IMG/VR virus record: IMGVR_UViG_3300043603_000010
Coordinates: 1-64,000 of that record
Reading direction: 5' to 3' (one strand)
DNA: 64,000 bases
DNA from: a virus
Taxonomy: Duplodnaviria > Caudoviricetes
A program made the translations under genes and the position numbers. Below the pieces are notes generated by a model. The model searched no databases, was not told the DNA's origin, and worked only from the letters and a program-made list of their open reading frames with translations. This document shows positions 27,796-37,443 of the stretch, piece after piece (the first letter of the stretch is position 1; each line of letters starts with the position of its first letter).

Positions 27796-28227
27796 ATGGC
27801 GAAGAAGGATTTCAGTAAGAAGCGTGAGCGGATCAGTTTCGAGATCGACGGTGAGGACTTCGAAGCTGCGGAAGCGATCCCGGCCGACGACCTGGCGCGC
27901 GTGGTGACCATGCTGAACAGCGTCGATCCCAACGTGGCCACACCTACCGAGCAGGTGGAGGCCTTCAAGTCGTTCATGGAGACATGCCTGTTCCCGGAGT
28001 CGTACGAGCGGTTCGCCTACCGGATGGGCAACAAGGCCAACCCGATCGACCTGGACCAGGTGAACGACATCTCCACTTGGATAGTCGAGCAGTACGGGAT
28101 GCGCCCTACCAAGCCGTCTGCCGACTCGTCCAGTGGGCCACCCAGCCTGGCGTCTGGCATGTCCTCGACGGTAGAACCGCAGGTCGTAGTGTCGACTTCG
28201 GAGCCCTCCCTTTCGACCGCTTCCTGA
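27796..28227 (+). CDS. Tail assembly chaperone (G-like)
   Basis: FEIDGEDF...PIDLDQVNDISTWIVEQYGMRPT plus Ser-rich tail; directly upstream of the tape measure. Confidence 0.8.
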   Translation: MAKKDFSKKRERISFEIDGEDFEAAEAIPADDLARVVTMLNSVDPNVATPTEQVEAFKSFMETCLFPESYERFAYRMGNKANPIDLDQVNDISTWIVEQYGMRPTKPSADSSSGPPSLASGMSSTVEPQVVVSTSEPSLSTAS

Positions 28228-28454
28228 ACTTCGTCTACGCGGAAATGCTGGAAGGCCTTCAGGCCAAAGAGGGCCAGACCATGGAGGACGCGGTGCGCCA
28301 GTTCGACGCAGAGCTGCTGGTCTCCTCCTGGCGCGTCTTCCCCGGCCAGGATGAGCCGGACACTGGGGACCGGGACCCGAACGCCCCGTACTGGTGGACG
28401 TCGGACGAAGACGCGTCCGCCAGCTTCCTCGCGGCCGTGGGCCAGGTGCTCTGA
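28104..28454 (+). CDS. Tail assembly chaperone frameshift extension (T-like, -1 frame)
   Basis: The -1 frame reads PYQAVCRLVQW...LDG...LPFDRFLNFVYAEM and ends at the TMP start. Confidence 0.7.
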   Translation, partial: PYQAVCRLVQWATQPGVWHVLDGRTAGRSVDFGALPFDRFLNFVYAEMLEGLQAKEGQTMEDAVRQFDAELLVSSWRVFPGQDEPDTGDRDPNAPYWWTSDEDASASFLAAVGQVL

Positions 28455-31400
28455 TGATCAGCCTGGGGCGCGGGACGCTGCTCGGGATGGGCTACATCCG
28501 GATCTCCGCAGACACCTCTGCGGCGGAGGGGTCGCTGGGCCTGCTCAGCAAGGCCGCTGCCGGGACCGTGCTGGCTGTCGCGGCTATCGGGATAACCACC
28601 ACGGTCATGGCAGCGAACTTCAACAAGGACATGTTGAAGATCAGCACGCAGGCGGGCGGCACGTCCCAGGACGTGAAGACCCTGTCCAAGGACGTTCTGA
28701 ACATGAAGAACGTCCAGCAGGGGCCGGACCAGCTGGCCGAATCGCTGTACCACCTCAAGTCGATCGGGCTGGGCAACGCCGACGCGATGAAGGACCTCCG
28801 GGTCGCCTCCGACCTGGCGGCCGTCGGCGGCTCGAACCTGGAGGCGACCACCAACGCGCTGGGCGGCGCGTGGCGCTCCGGTATCAAGGGCGCCGCCACC
28901 TTCGCCCAGTCGGCCGCCACGGTGAATGCGATCATCGGCGCGGGCAACATGCGGATGGAGGACTTCGTTGCGGCCATCGGCACCGGCATCCTCCCAGCCG
29001 CGAAGACGTTCGGCGTCTCGCTGTCCTCCATGGGCAGCGCTCTCGCGCTGATGACGGACGAAGGCATCCCGGCCACCGACGCGGCCACCCGGCTGAAGAT
29101 GTCGCTCTCCCTGCTCGCGGCTCCCAGCAACGTAGCGAGCAAGCAGCTTGCGAAGATCGGTCTGACCGGTCTCCAGCTGGCGAACGAGATGCGTTCCCCG
29201 GCCGGGCTGGTCGGCGCCATCGGACTGCTGAAGAGCCACCTGGACGCGTCCGGCATGAGCCTGTCCGAACAGGCCATTTTGCTGAGCCACGCGTTCGGCG
29301 GCGGCCGGTCGTCGTCGGCCATCCTGACAATGATCAACAATTACGACGTCCTGGTGAAGAAGCAGAGCCAGATCAACAACTCGCTGGGGAACTTCTCGGC
29401 AGCCGTGGCCGCGCAGCGGGCCACCGTGTCGGCGCAGCTGAAGATCCTGGAGTCCAGCTTGGAGGCGACCGGGATAAAGATCGGTGAGTTCCTGATCCCG
29501 CCGGTCACCAAGTTCATGACCTTCCTGAACTCGACCGCCATCCCCGGGATCGAGAAGTTCAGCGGCTACCTGTTCCATCTGGTACCGGTCGACCGGATCA
29601 AGTCCGACTTCGGCACGGTGTCCGGGATCATCGGCCAGTTCTACGACGGACTGGTAGGGAAGAAGCAAGCGGCGTCCAAGCAGGCCGGGCCGACCATCCT
29701 GCCCTGGTCCACGATGGGGACCGGACTGGCGTCCGGCGGTGTCGGGTCTCTCGCGCAGCAGCTGATGGGTTCCCAGGTACCGAAGTTCCTGGGGAACGCC
29801 ACCTCTTCCGGCCGGAGCAACAGTCAGCTGCTGAACAGCCAGCTCCCCAGCGCGCTGTCCGCCGGGTATGCGGTGTCCGCCGGACCGAAGTCGGCTGCGG
29901 CCGGGCAGTCGATGGTGGCTCAGGTCCCCGGGTCGAAGTACATCCCAGCGGTAGCGGCCAAGCCGCCGGACCCGTCCGTCTGGGTCAAGTTCGGCATCGC
30001 CATCGCCGGGGCCGGACTCCAGATCCTGGGCCTGGCCAAGTCCCTCGCCGTCTCACTGCTGCCCCCGATCACGAAGATCGTCGTCCTCATCGCGACCGAC
30101 TTCCTCCCGGTCGTGATCAAGCTTGCCCTGATGGCGCTCCCCTACCTGGTCACCGCGTTGAAGGGGGTCGGTATCGCACTGGGCGCCGTACTGGGCTTCC
30201 TGGTCAACATAGGCCCCTGGTTCCAGTCGCTGGGCGGCTGGGGCGCCCTGCTGATCGCTGTCGCCACTCCGCTGGCTCTCCTGGTCGGGACACTGGGAAC
30301 GTTCAAGCTCCTGGCCATGGGCCTGTCACTGGCGGAGAGGGGAGTGGAGCTGGCCACGCTCGCCTGGGGCAAGGCGCAGATGCTGTTGAACATCGTCACC
30401 GAGGCGAACCCGTTCGTCCTGGTGGCCACTGCTGTGATCGCGCTCGGTCTGGCCTTCTACTACGCGTACACGCACAGTAAGACCTTCCGCGACATCGTCC
30501 AGGACACGTTCCACGGGATCAAGACCGTAGCCCTGGACGTCTTCGGCTTCCTGACCCACGGGCTCGGCCAGTTCACTTTGCTGCTGCTCGGACCGATCGG
30601 CGTGCTCCTGCTGCTGGCCGTCCACTGGCGCGGCACCTGGACTGTGATGAAGGACACCGCGCTGGCCGTCGCCGGATGGTTCGCGGGCCCCTTCGTCGGC
30701 TTCTTCCTGTCCATCGGACGCTGGTTCACCGGCCCCTTCGTCGGCTTCTTCCTGTCCATCGGACGCTGGTTCACCGGCCCCTTCGTCGGCTTCTTCATGA
30801 CCATCGGATCATGGTTCAGCGGCCCCTTCGTCGGCTTCTTCATGACCATCGGACGCTGGTTCAGCGGCCCCTTCGTCGGCTTCTTCATGACCATCGGACG
30901 CTGGTTCAGCGGCCCCTTCGTCGGCTTCTTCATGACCATCGGACGCTGGTTCAGCGGCCCCTTCGTCGGCTTCTTCCAGTCCATGTGGAACGTGATCCAG
31001 GGCGTACTCCGGTTCCTGGTCAACGGCTTCCTGTCGATGGCGTCCACGGTCATCCATGCAGCGGCTGACATGTTCGGCTGGGTGCCCGGGATCGGCGGCA
31101 AGCTGAAGTCCGCTGCGAAGCAGTTCGACATCTTCCGGGACAGCGTCAACGCGGCCCTGGGCGGGGTCAACGGGAAGAACGTCCAGGTCAACGTGGGCTT
31201 CACGGCAGGCCAGGTGCACGGCAAGGCTGTAGCGGTCTTCGCCACCGGCGGTCCGGTCTTCGGCGCGGGCACTACTACGTCGGACTCCATTCCGGCCCGG
31301 TTGTCCAACGATGAGCACGTGTGGACGTCGGCGGAGGTGCACGGCGCGGGCGGGCACGGCGCGGTCACCGCCATGCGCAGGCAGGCGCTCGGGTACGCCA

Positions 31401-32128
31401 GGGGCGGCCCGGTGGGGATCTCCGTCGGCGGTTCGCGCACCACGCCGTCCGCTGTCGGGGCAGCGGTGTCCCAGAGCATCACCGACCTGGTGGCAGCCAA
31501 CATCAACGCCCTGGCCAAGGCAGTCAAGGACGCTACTGCCGCCGCAGCGGCAGCCGCTGCGGCAGCGTCCGGTTCGGCCGCCCTGAACAACTCCGGCGGC
31601 TTCTCCGGCGCTGCTGTCGGCGCGGCGCAGCAGTACGCGCAGTCCCTGCTGGGTCGGTTCTTCTGGAGCGGCGACCAGATGGGGCCGCTGATCAAGCTCT
31701 GGAACCAGGAGTCCGGCTGGAACCCGTACGCGGTCAACCCGTCATCGGGCGCCTACGGGATTCCGCAGGCGCTGGGGCACGGCCACCCCTACAACCTGGG
31801 GGACTACAAAGCGCAGATCCTCTGGGGGCTCCAGTACATCGCGGGCCGGTACGGCTCCCCGGGCGCGGCCTGGCAGCACGAGATGGCGAACAACTGGTAC
31901 GACACCGGCGGCTGGCTGCCGACCGGGACCAGCATTGCCCACAACGGCACCGGGCGCCCGGAACGGGTGGTCGGACCCGGCGGTGCGGGAGCAGGCGGGG
32001 ACGTCCACATCCACGTGCACAACCACGGAGTGATCGGCAGCCAGCGCGAGACGGAGAACTGGCTGGTGGCCTCCCTGGTCGGTGCCAAGCGCAACGGCCG
32101 CCTGCGCACGATCATCCCGGGGACGTGA
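28454..32128 (+). CDS. Tape measure protein with C-terminal lytic transglycosylase domain
   Basis: About 1220 aa, Ala/Gly-rich helical; FATGG motif; WNQESGWNPYAVNPSSGAYGIPQAL SLT-like motif. Confidence 0.92.
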   Translation: MISLGRGTLLGMGYIRISADTSAAEGSLGLLSKAAAGTVLAVAAIGITTTVMAANFNKDMLKISTQAGGTSQDVKTLSKDVLNMKNVQQGPDQLAESLYHLKSIGLGNADAMKDLRVASDLAAVGGSNLEATTNALGGAWRSGIKGAATFAQSAATVNAIIGAGNMRMEDFVAAIGTGILPAAKTFGVSLSSMGSALALMTDEGIPATDAATRLKMSLSLLAAPSNVASKQLAKIGLTGLQLANEMRSPAGLVGAIGLLKSHLDASGMSLSEQAILLSHAFGGGRSSSAILTMINNYDVLVKKQSQINNSLGNFSAAVAAQRATVSAQLKILESSLEATGIKIGEFLIPPVTKFMTFLNSTAIPGIEKFSGYLFHLVPVDRIKSDFGTVSGIIGQFYDGLVGKKQAASKQAGPTILPWSTMGTGLASGGVGSLAQQLMGSQVPKFLGNATSSGRSNSQLLNSQLPSALSAGYAVSAGPKSAAAGQSMVAQVPGSKYIPAVAAKPPDPSVWVKFGIAIAGAGLQILGLAKSLAVSLLPPITKIVVLIATDFLPVVIKLALMALPYLVTALKGVGIALGAVLGFLVNIGPWFQSLGGWGALLIAVATPLALLVGTLGTFKLLAMGLSLAERGVELATLAWGKAQMLLNIVTEANPFVLVATAVIALGLAFYYAYTHSKTFRDIVQDTFHGIKTVALDVFGFLTHGLGQFTLLLLGPIGVLLLLAVHWRGTWTVMKDTALAVAGWFAGPFVGFFLSIGRWFTGPFVGFFLSIGRWFTGPFVGFFMTIGSWFSGPFVGFFMTIGRWFSGPFVGFFMTIGRWFSGPFVGFFMTIGRWFSGPFVGFFQSMWNVIQGVLRFLVNGFLSMASTVIHAAADMFGWVPGIGGKLKSAAKQFDIFRDSVNAALGGVNGKNVQVNVGFTAGQVHGKAVAVFATGGPVFGAGTTTSDSIPARLSNDEHVWTSAEVHGAGGHGAVTAMRRQALGYARGGPVGISVGGSRTTPSAVGAAVSQSITDLVAANINALAKAVKDATAAAAAAAAAASGSAALNNSGGFSGAAVGAAQQYAQSLLGRFFWSGDQMGPLIKLWNQESGWNPYAVNPSSGAYGIPQALGHGHPYNLGDYKAQILWGLQYIAGRYGSPGAAWQHEMANNWYDTGGWLPTGTSIAHNGTGRPERVVGPGGAGAGGDVHIHVHNHGVIGSQRETENWLVASLVGAKRNGRLRTIIPGT
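30677..30976 (+). repeat. 45-bp (15-aa) tandem repeat within TMP, 7 copies
   Basis: WF(A/T/S)GPFVGFF(L/M)(S/T)IG(R/S). Confidence 0.95.
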
Positions 32129-32131
32129 GCC

Positions 32132-34993
32132 GTGGCCATCGGAGTCCGCAGTTCGCCCGCCACCGGGACCAACACCGGCGGCGGTGCTGTCGCTGTGCCG
32201 ACCCCGCCGTCCTTCGCGGCCGGGGACCTCCTGGTCATGGTCCTGCTCCAGGACGGCAACAGCAACGAGACCGCTCCGTCCGGGTGGACCCGGCGGGCCC
32301 GGGACAACGCGGGGTCCTCCGGCGGTCCGGTCGCCTCTCCGCACGCCGTGGTCTACACGAAGATCGCAACCGGGTCCGAGGGGGCTTCGGTCTCCGTCAC
32401 CTACTCCAGCGCGTCCTGGCCGTCCGGCAACGCGAACGTGCTCGGATTCATGTGCGGCTACACCGGGACCAACACGTCATCCCCGGTGGAAGTGGTCGCC
32501 ACCGACAGCGACTCGGCACCGGCGAGCGCGGCGCAGGTGCACCCGCAGCTGACTACGTCGGTGGCCAATGACTGGCTGATCACCGTCCGGTTCGGCTCCG
32601 GGTCCGGCACGCCGACCACCACCTGCTCCGTGGGTACCGACGTCGAACGCAAGGACGCCACCTTCAGCGAGCTGAACCTGGCCTACTACGACAGCAACAC
32701 CGCGCTGTCGGCCGGGACCCAGACCCAGCGCACCACGACCACCAGCGCCCCGAACGACGACGGCGCGGTCATGTTCTCCCTGGCGATCAAGCCCGCCACC
32801 GGGGCGGCTGCGGCCACCGCGTTCCCGTCCACAGCGGCAGCCACCGGTACCGCGTCCGGTGCTTCGTCCGCCACCGTGGCCGGAGGCTGGTCCACGGTCT
32901 GCGGCACCGGGTCCGCGCCGTTCTACACCTGGGCGGTGGACTGGGCGCAGTCCGGCATGACTGCGGCCGGGAAGATCCTGAGCACCAACGGCTACCTGGA
33001 CAGCGGGGACCTCACCGGATGGGCCGCGTCCAACTCCGTGGTGTCCTACGCCTACGTCCCGGTCGGCCAGCGGCTGCTGCGCACCTTCACCGTGGTCCCT
33101 AACGGGTCCTCCGCCTCCGGCGGGGTCAACGACAGCGCGCCCGCGCCCGGGGTCACCGCCGGGAACTCCTATATCGCGGACTGCTGGGTCTACTCCGCAC
33201 AGGGCTGGTCCGACGTGCGCGCCTGTGTCGACTGGTACACCGCCGGAGGCGTCTTCGTCAGCTCCGGACTCGGGTCGGCCACCGTGCTGTCCGCCGGAGT
33301 GTGGACGCACCTGCGGCAGACCCTGGTGGCTCCGGCGACAGCCTCGCAGAGCCTGGTGCGCTTCCGCTGGGGCAGCACTCCGCCGTCGTCCACGGTCTTC
33401 TCCGTGTGGGGCGTCCTGCTGATGGACCCCACCCTGACGGAGACCCGGATGACCCCGGACGCCACCGCCGTGGTCCAGGGGGACATCCTGGACGGGGGCG
33501 CCGCCGGATCGGTCACCGCCACGTGGGGCCGGGACCAGTTCCGGCCGCTGTCCCCGGCCGCGCTGGGCACCGGCGCCACCGCGCTGACCAACAAGGACCG
33601 GGTGTACTCGCCGGACTGGCCCACGTCCCCGCTGGCGGGCGACCAGGACGCGGCCCGCCCGGTGCAGGGGCAGGTCGTCTTCAACGGCACCGTCTACCCG
33701 CTGTTCTTCGGCTACCTGGACGACTACACCGTGACGGTGTCCCGCAGCAACCGCTCGGTGGCGCTGTCCTTCCAGGACGGCCTGTCGCGGGCCCAGAACA
33801 CGGCGGTGTCCACTGCGCTCTACCAGGGCATCCGGACCGGGGACGCGGTCAACGTGATCCTGGACGCCATCCACTGGCCGGGGCCGCGCGACATCGACCC
33901 CGGCGGCACGGTGATGCCGTACTGGTGGCTGGAGAACACCCTGGTCCCCACAGCGCTGGACGACCTGGTCCGGTCCGAGGGGACGCCCGCCATCGCCTAC
34001 CCGGCGCCGGACGGGACGTTCGTCTTCCGCGACCGGCACCACCGGCTGCTGCGCCCGCAGTCGCTGGTCGTCCAGGAATCCTACGCAGCCGGGGAGCTGG
34101 GCGTCTGCGGTACGACCCCACCGGCAGGACTGTCCTTCTCGGAGCCGTTCACCTACGCCCACGGCTGGAAGGACATCGTCAACAGCGTGTCCTTCAGCGT
34201 CGGCGAGCGGGCTCCCAGTGCGGACGTCTCCGCTGTCTGGACGTCGAACACGCCGGTGTCGGTGCAGGCCGGGCAGACCGTCCTGGTCCAGGTGTCGGCT
34301 TCGGACCCGTTCATCGACCCGCTGGTCCCGGTGGCCGGGACCGACTTCACCGTTACGGCGGGCGGCACGGTCAACGCCGGTCTGACCAGCGTCAACGCGC
34401 AGTCCGCGACGATCACTCTCCAGGCGGTGGGCAGCGACGCCACCGTGTCCGGGCTCCAGCTGCGTGCCACCGCCGTCCCGGTGGCCAGCACGGTGACCAT
34501 CAGCGCACAGGACACCGCGTCGATCTCCCAGCACGGGCAGCAGAACTACCCGAACACCGTGCCGTGGGCGGGCTACGCCGACGCGCAGGCCGTGGCGCAG
34601 CTGATCATCAACAGGTACGCGCAGCGGCGCCCCACGGTCCAGCTCACGGTGGAGTCCTCGGACCCGCAGCATTTCGCCGCTGTGGTCGGCACCGAGATCT
34701 CCGACCTGGTCAACATCGAGCATGACGAGATGGGTCTGGACAGCCCGTTCTATGTCGAGCACATCGCCCACGCGGTGAGCCGGATGAACCCCCCGGGGCA
34801 GCCCCCGGTGCACCTGGTGACCCTGGGCTGTGAGGAGCAGGGCGGCGCGACCGGGAACCCCTTCACCTTCGACCAGCGCGGTGCCGGGTTCGACGACGGC
34901 GAGTTCGGCAGCGGTGCCGACACACCGGATACAGTCTTCATATTCGATGATCCGGTCCAGGGCCGGTTCGATTACGGATTGCTGGGGACGTGA
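32132..34993 (+). CDS. Large minor tail protein (carbohydrate-binding-like domain plus tail hub)
   Basis: 953 aa after TMP; TPPSFAAGDLLVMV, CBM-like middle region, LTNKDRVYSP...PLFFGY hub-like C-terminus. Confidence 0.75.
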   Translation: MAIGVRSSPATGTNTGGGAVAVPTPPSFAAGDLLVMVLLQDGNSNETAPSGWTRRARDNAGSSGGPVASPHAVVYTKIATGSEGASVSVTYSSASWPSGNANVLGFMCGYTGTNTSSPVEVVATDSDSAPASAAQVHPQLTTSVANDWLITVRFGSGSGTPTTTCSVGTDVERKDATFSELNLAYYDSNTALSAGTQTQRTTTTSAPNDDGAVMFSLAIKPATGAAAATAFPSTAAATGTASGASSATVAGGWSTVCGTGSAPFYTWAVDWAQSGMTAAGKILSTNGYLDSGDLTGWAASNSVVSYAYVPVGQRLLRTFTVVPNGSSASGGVNDSAPAPGVTAGNSYIADCWVYSAQGWSDVRACVDWYTAGGVFVSSGLGSATVLSAGVWTHLRQTLVAPATASQSLVRFRWGSTPPSSTVFSVWGVLLMDPTLTETRMTPDATAVVQGDILDGGAAGSVTATWGRDQFRPLSPAALGTGATALTNKDRVYSPDWPTSPLAGDQDAARPVQGQVVFNGTVYPLFFGYLDDYTVTVSRSNRSVALSFQDGLSRAQNTAVSTALYQGIRTGDAVNVILDAIHWPGPRDIDPGGTVMPYWWLENTLVPTALDDLVRSEGTPAIAYPAPDGTFVFRDRHHRLLRPQSLVVQESYAAGELGVCGTTPPAGLSFSEPFTYAHGWKDIVNSVSFSVGERAPSADVSAVWTSNTPVSVQAGQTVLVQVSASDPFIDPLVPVAGTDFTVTAGGTVNAGLTSVNAQSATITLQAVGSDATVSGLQLRATAVPVASTVTISAQDTASISQHGQQNYPNTVPWAGYADAQAVAQLIINRYAQRRPTVQLTVESSDPQHFAAVVGTEISDLVNIEHDEMGLDSPFYVEHIAHAVSRMNPPGQPPVHLVTLGCEEQGGATGNPFTFDQRGAGFDDGEFGSGADTPDTVFIFDDPVQGRFDYGLLGT

Positions 34994-35364
34994 GCATGAG
35001 CAGCCAGGCGCGAGCGTACGTCTACGGCGGTGACTGGGTCGCCGACTGCCCTTATCCCTTCTGCTACAGCACGGACTTCCTGTTCGCCCTGCGGCACCCG
35101 GGACGCCCGCACGGGCCGAACAACCCGCGCGAGGCACGCAAAACCGTCTTCCTGTGCTCGAACTGCCAGCAGCTGGCGGAGATCGACTGGCCTCCGGACT
35201 CGGTGATGGGCGGGATCATGTCGGTCCTGGCGCTGCGGCCGGTGCCCGGGACGCGCAACTGGTACCCGAAGGACCACGACGTGGCCGTCCGCTTCCATGT
35301 CGAGCACGGGCAGACTGTGGAAGAGTTGCGCGAGGAGAACGAAGCCCACGGAGTAGCGGTCTGA
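34990..35364 (+). CDS. Cys-containing hypothetical protein
   Basis: WVADCPYPFC...CSNC...RNWYP. Confidence 0.65.
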   Translation: MSMSSQARAYVYGGDWVADCPYPFCYSTDFLFALRHPGRPHGPNNPREARKTVFLCSNCQQLAEIDWPPDSVMGGIMSVLALRPVPGTRNWYPKDHDVAVRFHVEHGQTVEELREENEAHGVAV

Positions 35365-35666
35365 TGGAGCTGATCAACCACGGGCTGCTCCAGTACGGAG
35401 CTGTCGGCATCCTGGCCATCGTGGGCGGCCTGGTCTCGAAGATGCTGTTCGAGAGGTGGAGCAAGGCGCAGGCGGCGGAGGTGGAGCGGATGGTCCAGGC
35501 GCTGGACCGGGAGACCAAGCGGGCTGACCGGCTGGAAACAGAACTGGGACGACTCAACGAGGCGGTACGTGGTGGCTACGTGGACGCGATCACCCGGGCT
35601 ACGCAGGCGACCACTGAGGCGGCCAATGCCGTTGCTCTCGCCCTGGCCACGGTCCGCCGGAGCTGA
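35364..35666 (+). CDS. Membrane protein, TM plus coiled coil (holin/antiholin-like)
   Basis: LLQYGAVGILAIVGGL then coiled coil; coupled. Confidence 0.65.
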   Translation: MELINHGLLQYGAVGILAIVGGLVSKMLFERWSKAQAAEVERMVQALDRETKRADRLETELGRLNEAVRGGYVDAITRATQATTEAANAVALALATVRRS

Positions 35667-35670
35667 TCAC

Positions 35671-35886
35671 ATGTCGAACCGGCCCAGCCCGGTGGATCGC
35701 ATGGTTGCGGAGTCCGAGCGGCTCCGGCGGGAACTGGCGCGGCTGCGCGATGAGCTGCTGCGCACGGCCGACTCGCTGACCACCGAGGCGGCCCGGCTGC
35801 GGGTGGAAGCGGAAGCAGTCCGTGAAGCGCAGGGTGCCGGTGAAGAGGAGGGTGAGGACGGTGACGGAACCGGTCGGGGGGCCTGA
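35671..35886 (+). CDS. Coiled-coil hypothetical protein
   Basis: Heptad Leu pattern. Confidence 0.55.
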   Translation: MSNRPSPVDRMVAESERLRRELARLRDELLRTADSLTTEAARLRVEAEAVREAQGAGEEEGEDGDGTGRGA

Positions 35887-36349
35887 ACCGGAGACGGCTG
35901 AGCAGCGCAGTATCCGACTGGCGGCTGCGGCGACAGCTCTGGTTGCCGAACTGGAGGAGTTCAGCGACGACGCGGGAGTCCAGTTCGTCACTCTGGCCAA
36001 GCGGGCACAGCAGAACCGGGTGCTGATCTGGATCGGTCTGGTCTTGGTCGCTCTGGGCATTGGTTTGTCGGTGGTGGTAGGGCTGACCGTGCTCCAGGTC
36101 CAGGACAACAGCCGGACGAACAGCGAACTCACACACCGGCTGGACGTCAGTCAGACCGTCACCCGGAAGAACACGCTGTGCCCGCTGTACATCCTGCTGC
36201 GGGCCGGAGACACCAAGGCCGCGCGCGACGCCTCCAAGGACAAGGCTGCGTTCGACAAGTCGTACATGGTGATCAACCAGGGGTACGCGGCCCTGAACTG
36301 CCAGGAGTTCACACCCTCACCGGTTCCCTCTCCCACCGCCGCGCCGTAG
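35861..36349 (+). CDS. Single-TM membrane protein (spanin-like possible)
   Basis: TM VLIWIGLVLVALGIGLSVVVGL; CPLY...C. Confidence 0.6.
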   Translation: MTEPVGGPEPETAEQRSIRLAAAATALVAELEEFSDDAGVQFVTLAKRAQQNRVLIWIGLVLVALGIGLSVVVGLTVLQVQDNSRTNSELTHRLDVSQTVTRKNTLCPLYILLRAGDTKAARDASKDKAAFDKSYMVINQGYAALNCQEFTPSPVPSPTAAP

Positions 36350-36416
36350 CTCCGGCAGGGGGTGCGCCGTCCGGGTGGCACGATGGGCGGCAACGGACTC
36401 CCGGAGGAGCGGACCC

Positions 36417-36611
36417 ATGTCCCAGCTGGCGGCATCACTCGAACAGACCATCGCGGCGGCCCGTGCAGCGGCCAAGGAGCACGTGGACGCGGCCACGGCG
36501 GGACTGGTGGCGCGGATCGAGGAACTGGAAGCCAAAGTGGACCAGCTGCTGGTCCCGGACAAGGCACCGGCGGCCCGGTCCGCACGCGCCAAGAGCGCCC
36601 CCACCCCCTGA
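36417..36611 (+). CDS. Small coiled-coil protein
   Basis: GGAGGAG RBS; ATG 36417. Confidence 0.55.
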   Translation: MSQLAASLEQTIAAARAAAKEHVDAATAGLVARIEELEAKVDQLLVPDKAPAARSARAKSAPTP

Positions 36612-36636
36612 CTGACCCGGCGCAGCCAGAGAGGGC

Positions 36637-37170
36637 GTGGTCCGTGTGACCTGGAGCCCGCCGTTCACAGCGGTGGCGGGGAGCGTGTTCACCGCTGCCC
36701 AATTCAATCAGTACGTGAGGGACAACCTCAACGAGACCGGACCGGCGATCGTAACGGCGGCCGGGCAGTACCTGGTCTCCGACGCGGCGAACTCGCTCGC
36801 GGCCCGCTCCCCGTCCCGTGCTTCGGTCAACACCAGCCAGACCACGACCGCCACGTCCTACGGGGACCTGGCCACCGTCGGCCCGGTCGTGACCGTGGTC
36901 ACCGGCACGTCCGCCCTGGTGACCATCGGGTCCGCGCTCCAGAACTCGGGTACCGCCAACTCCCTGATGGGGTGGGCCGTCTCCGGGGCGTCCACCATCG
37001 CGGTCACGGACGACGTCGGCGGGGCGTACGGCACCACCGGCGCCACGGTCACCGGGACCTTCCTCCAGACCGGGCTCACCCCGGGTTCGAACGTCTTCAC
37101 TGCCAAGTACCAGGTCTCCGCCGGTACCGGGACCTTCACCTTCCGGAACATCACGGTGCTTCCGTTTTGA
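36637..37170 (+). CDS. Minor tail/fibre protein
   Basis: TWSPPFTAVAGSVFTAAQFNQYVRDNLNET N-terminus typical of actinophage minor tail proteins. Confidence 0.7.
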   Translation: MVRVTWSPPFTAVAGSVFTAAQFNQYVRDNLNETGPAIVTAAGQYLVSDAANSLAARSPSRASVNTSQTTTATSYGDLATVGPVVTVVTGTSALVTIGSALQNSGTANSLMGWAVSGASTIAVTDDVGGAYGTTGATVTGTFLQTGLTPGSNVFTAKYQVSAGTGTFTFRNITVLPF

Positions 37171-37430
37171 CCACCGTCAAGCAGTACGTGCAAGCGATCC
37201 GGCCGGTGGCCCGGAAAGTCGGCCAGGCCATGGGAGCGGACGTCGGGATCCAGTCGGAGGAGCAGCGCATCACGCTCAACCTGATTATGGGCATGGTGTG
37301 CGTCCTGATCAAACTCCTGGTGGACGCCGGACTGATCACCGACGCACAGGTGACCGTGGCGTTCCAGACGTTCCTCAGCACGCCGAACGACTATCCGGAC
37401 GTGCCGCCGCAACCGCCGTACGGCAACTGA
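37167..37430 (+). CDS. Hypothetical protein
   Basis: TTGA overlap; GC3-biased frame. Confidence 0.55.
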   Translation: MTTVKQYVQAIRPVARKVGQAMGADVGIQSEEQRITLNLIMGMVCVLIKLLVDAGLITDAQVTVAFQTFLSTPNDYPDVPPQPPYGN

Positions 37431-37443
37431 CCGAGAGGGTTCC

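Noticed and set aside
30677-30976. CRISPR-like array
   Set aside because: The repeats are contiguous, in-frame and have no unique spacers. This is a coding tandem repeat in the TMP.
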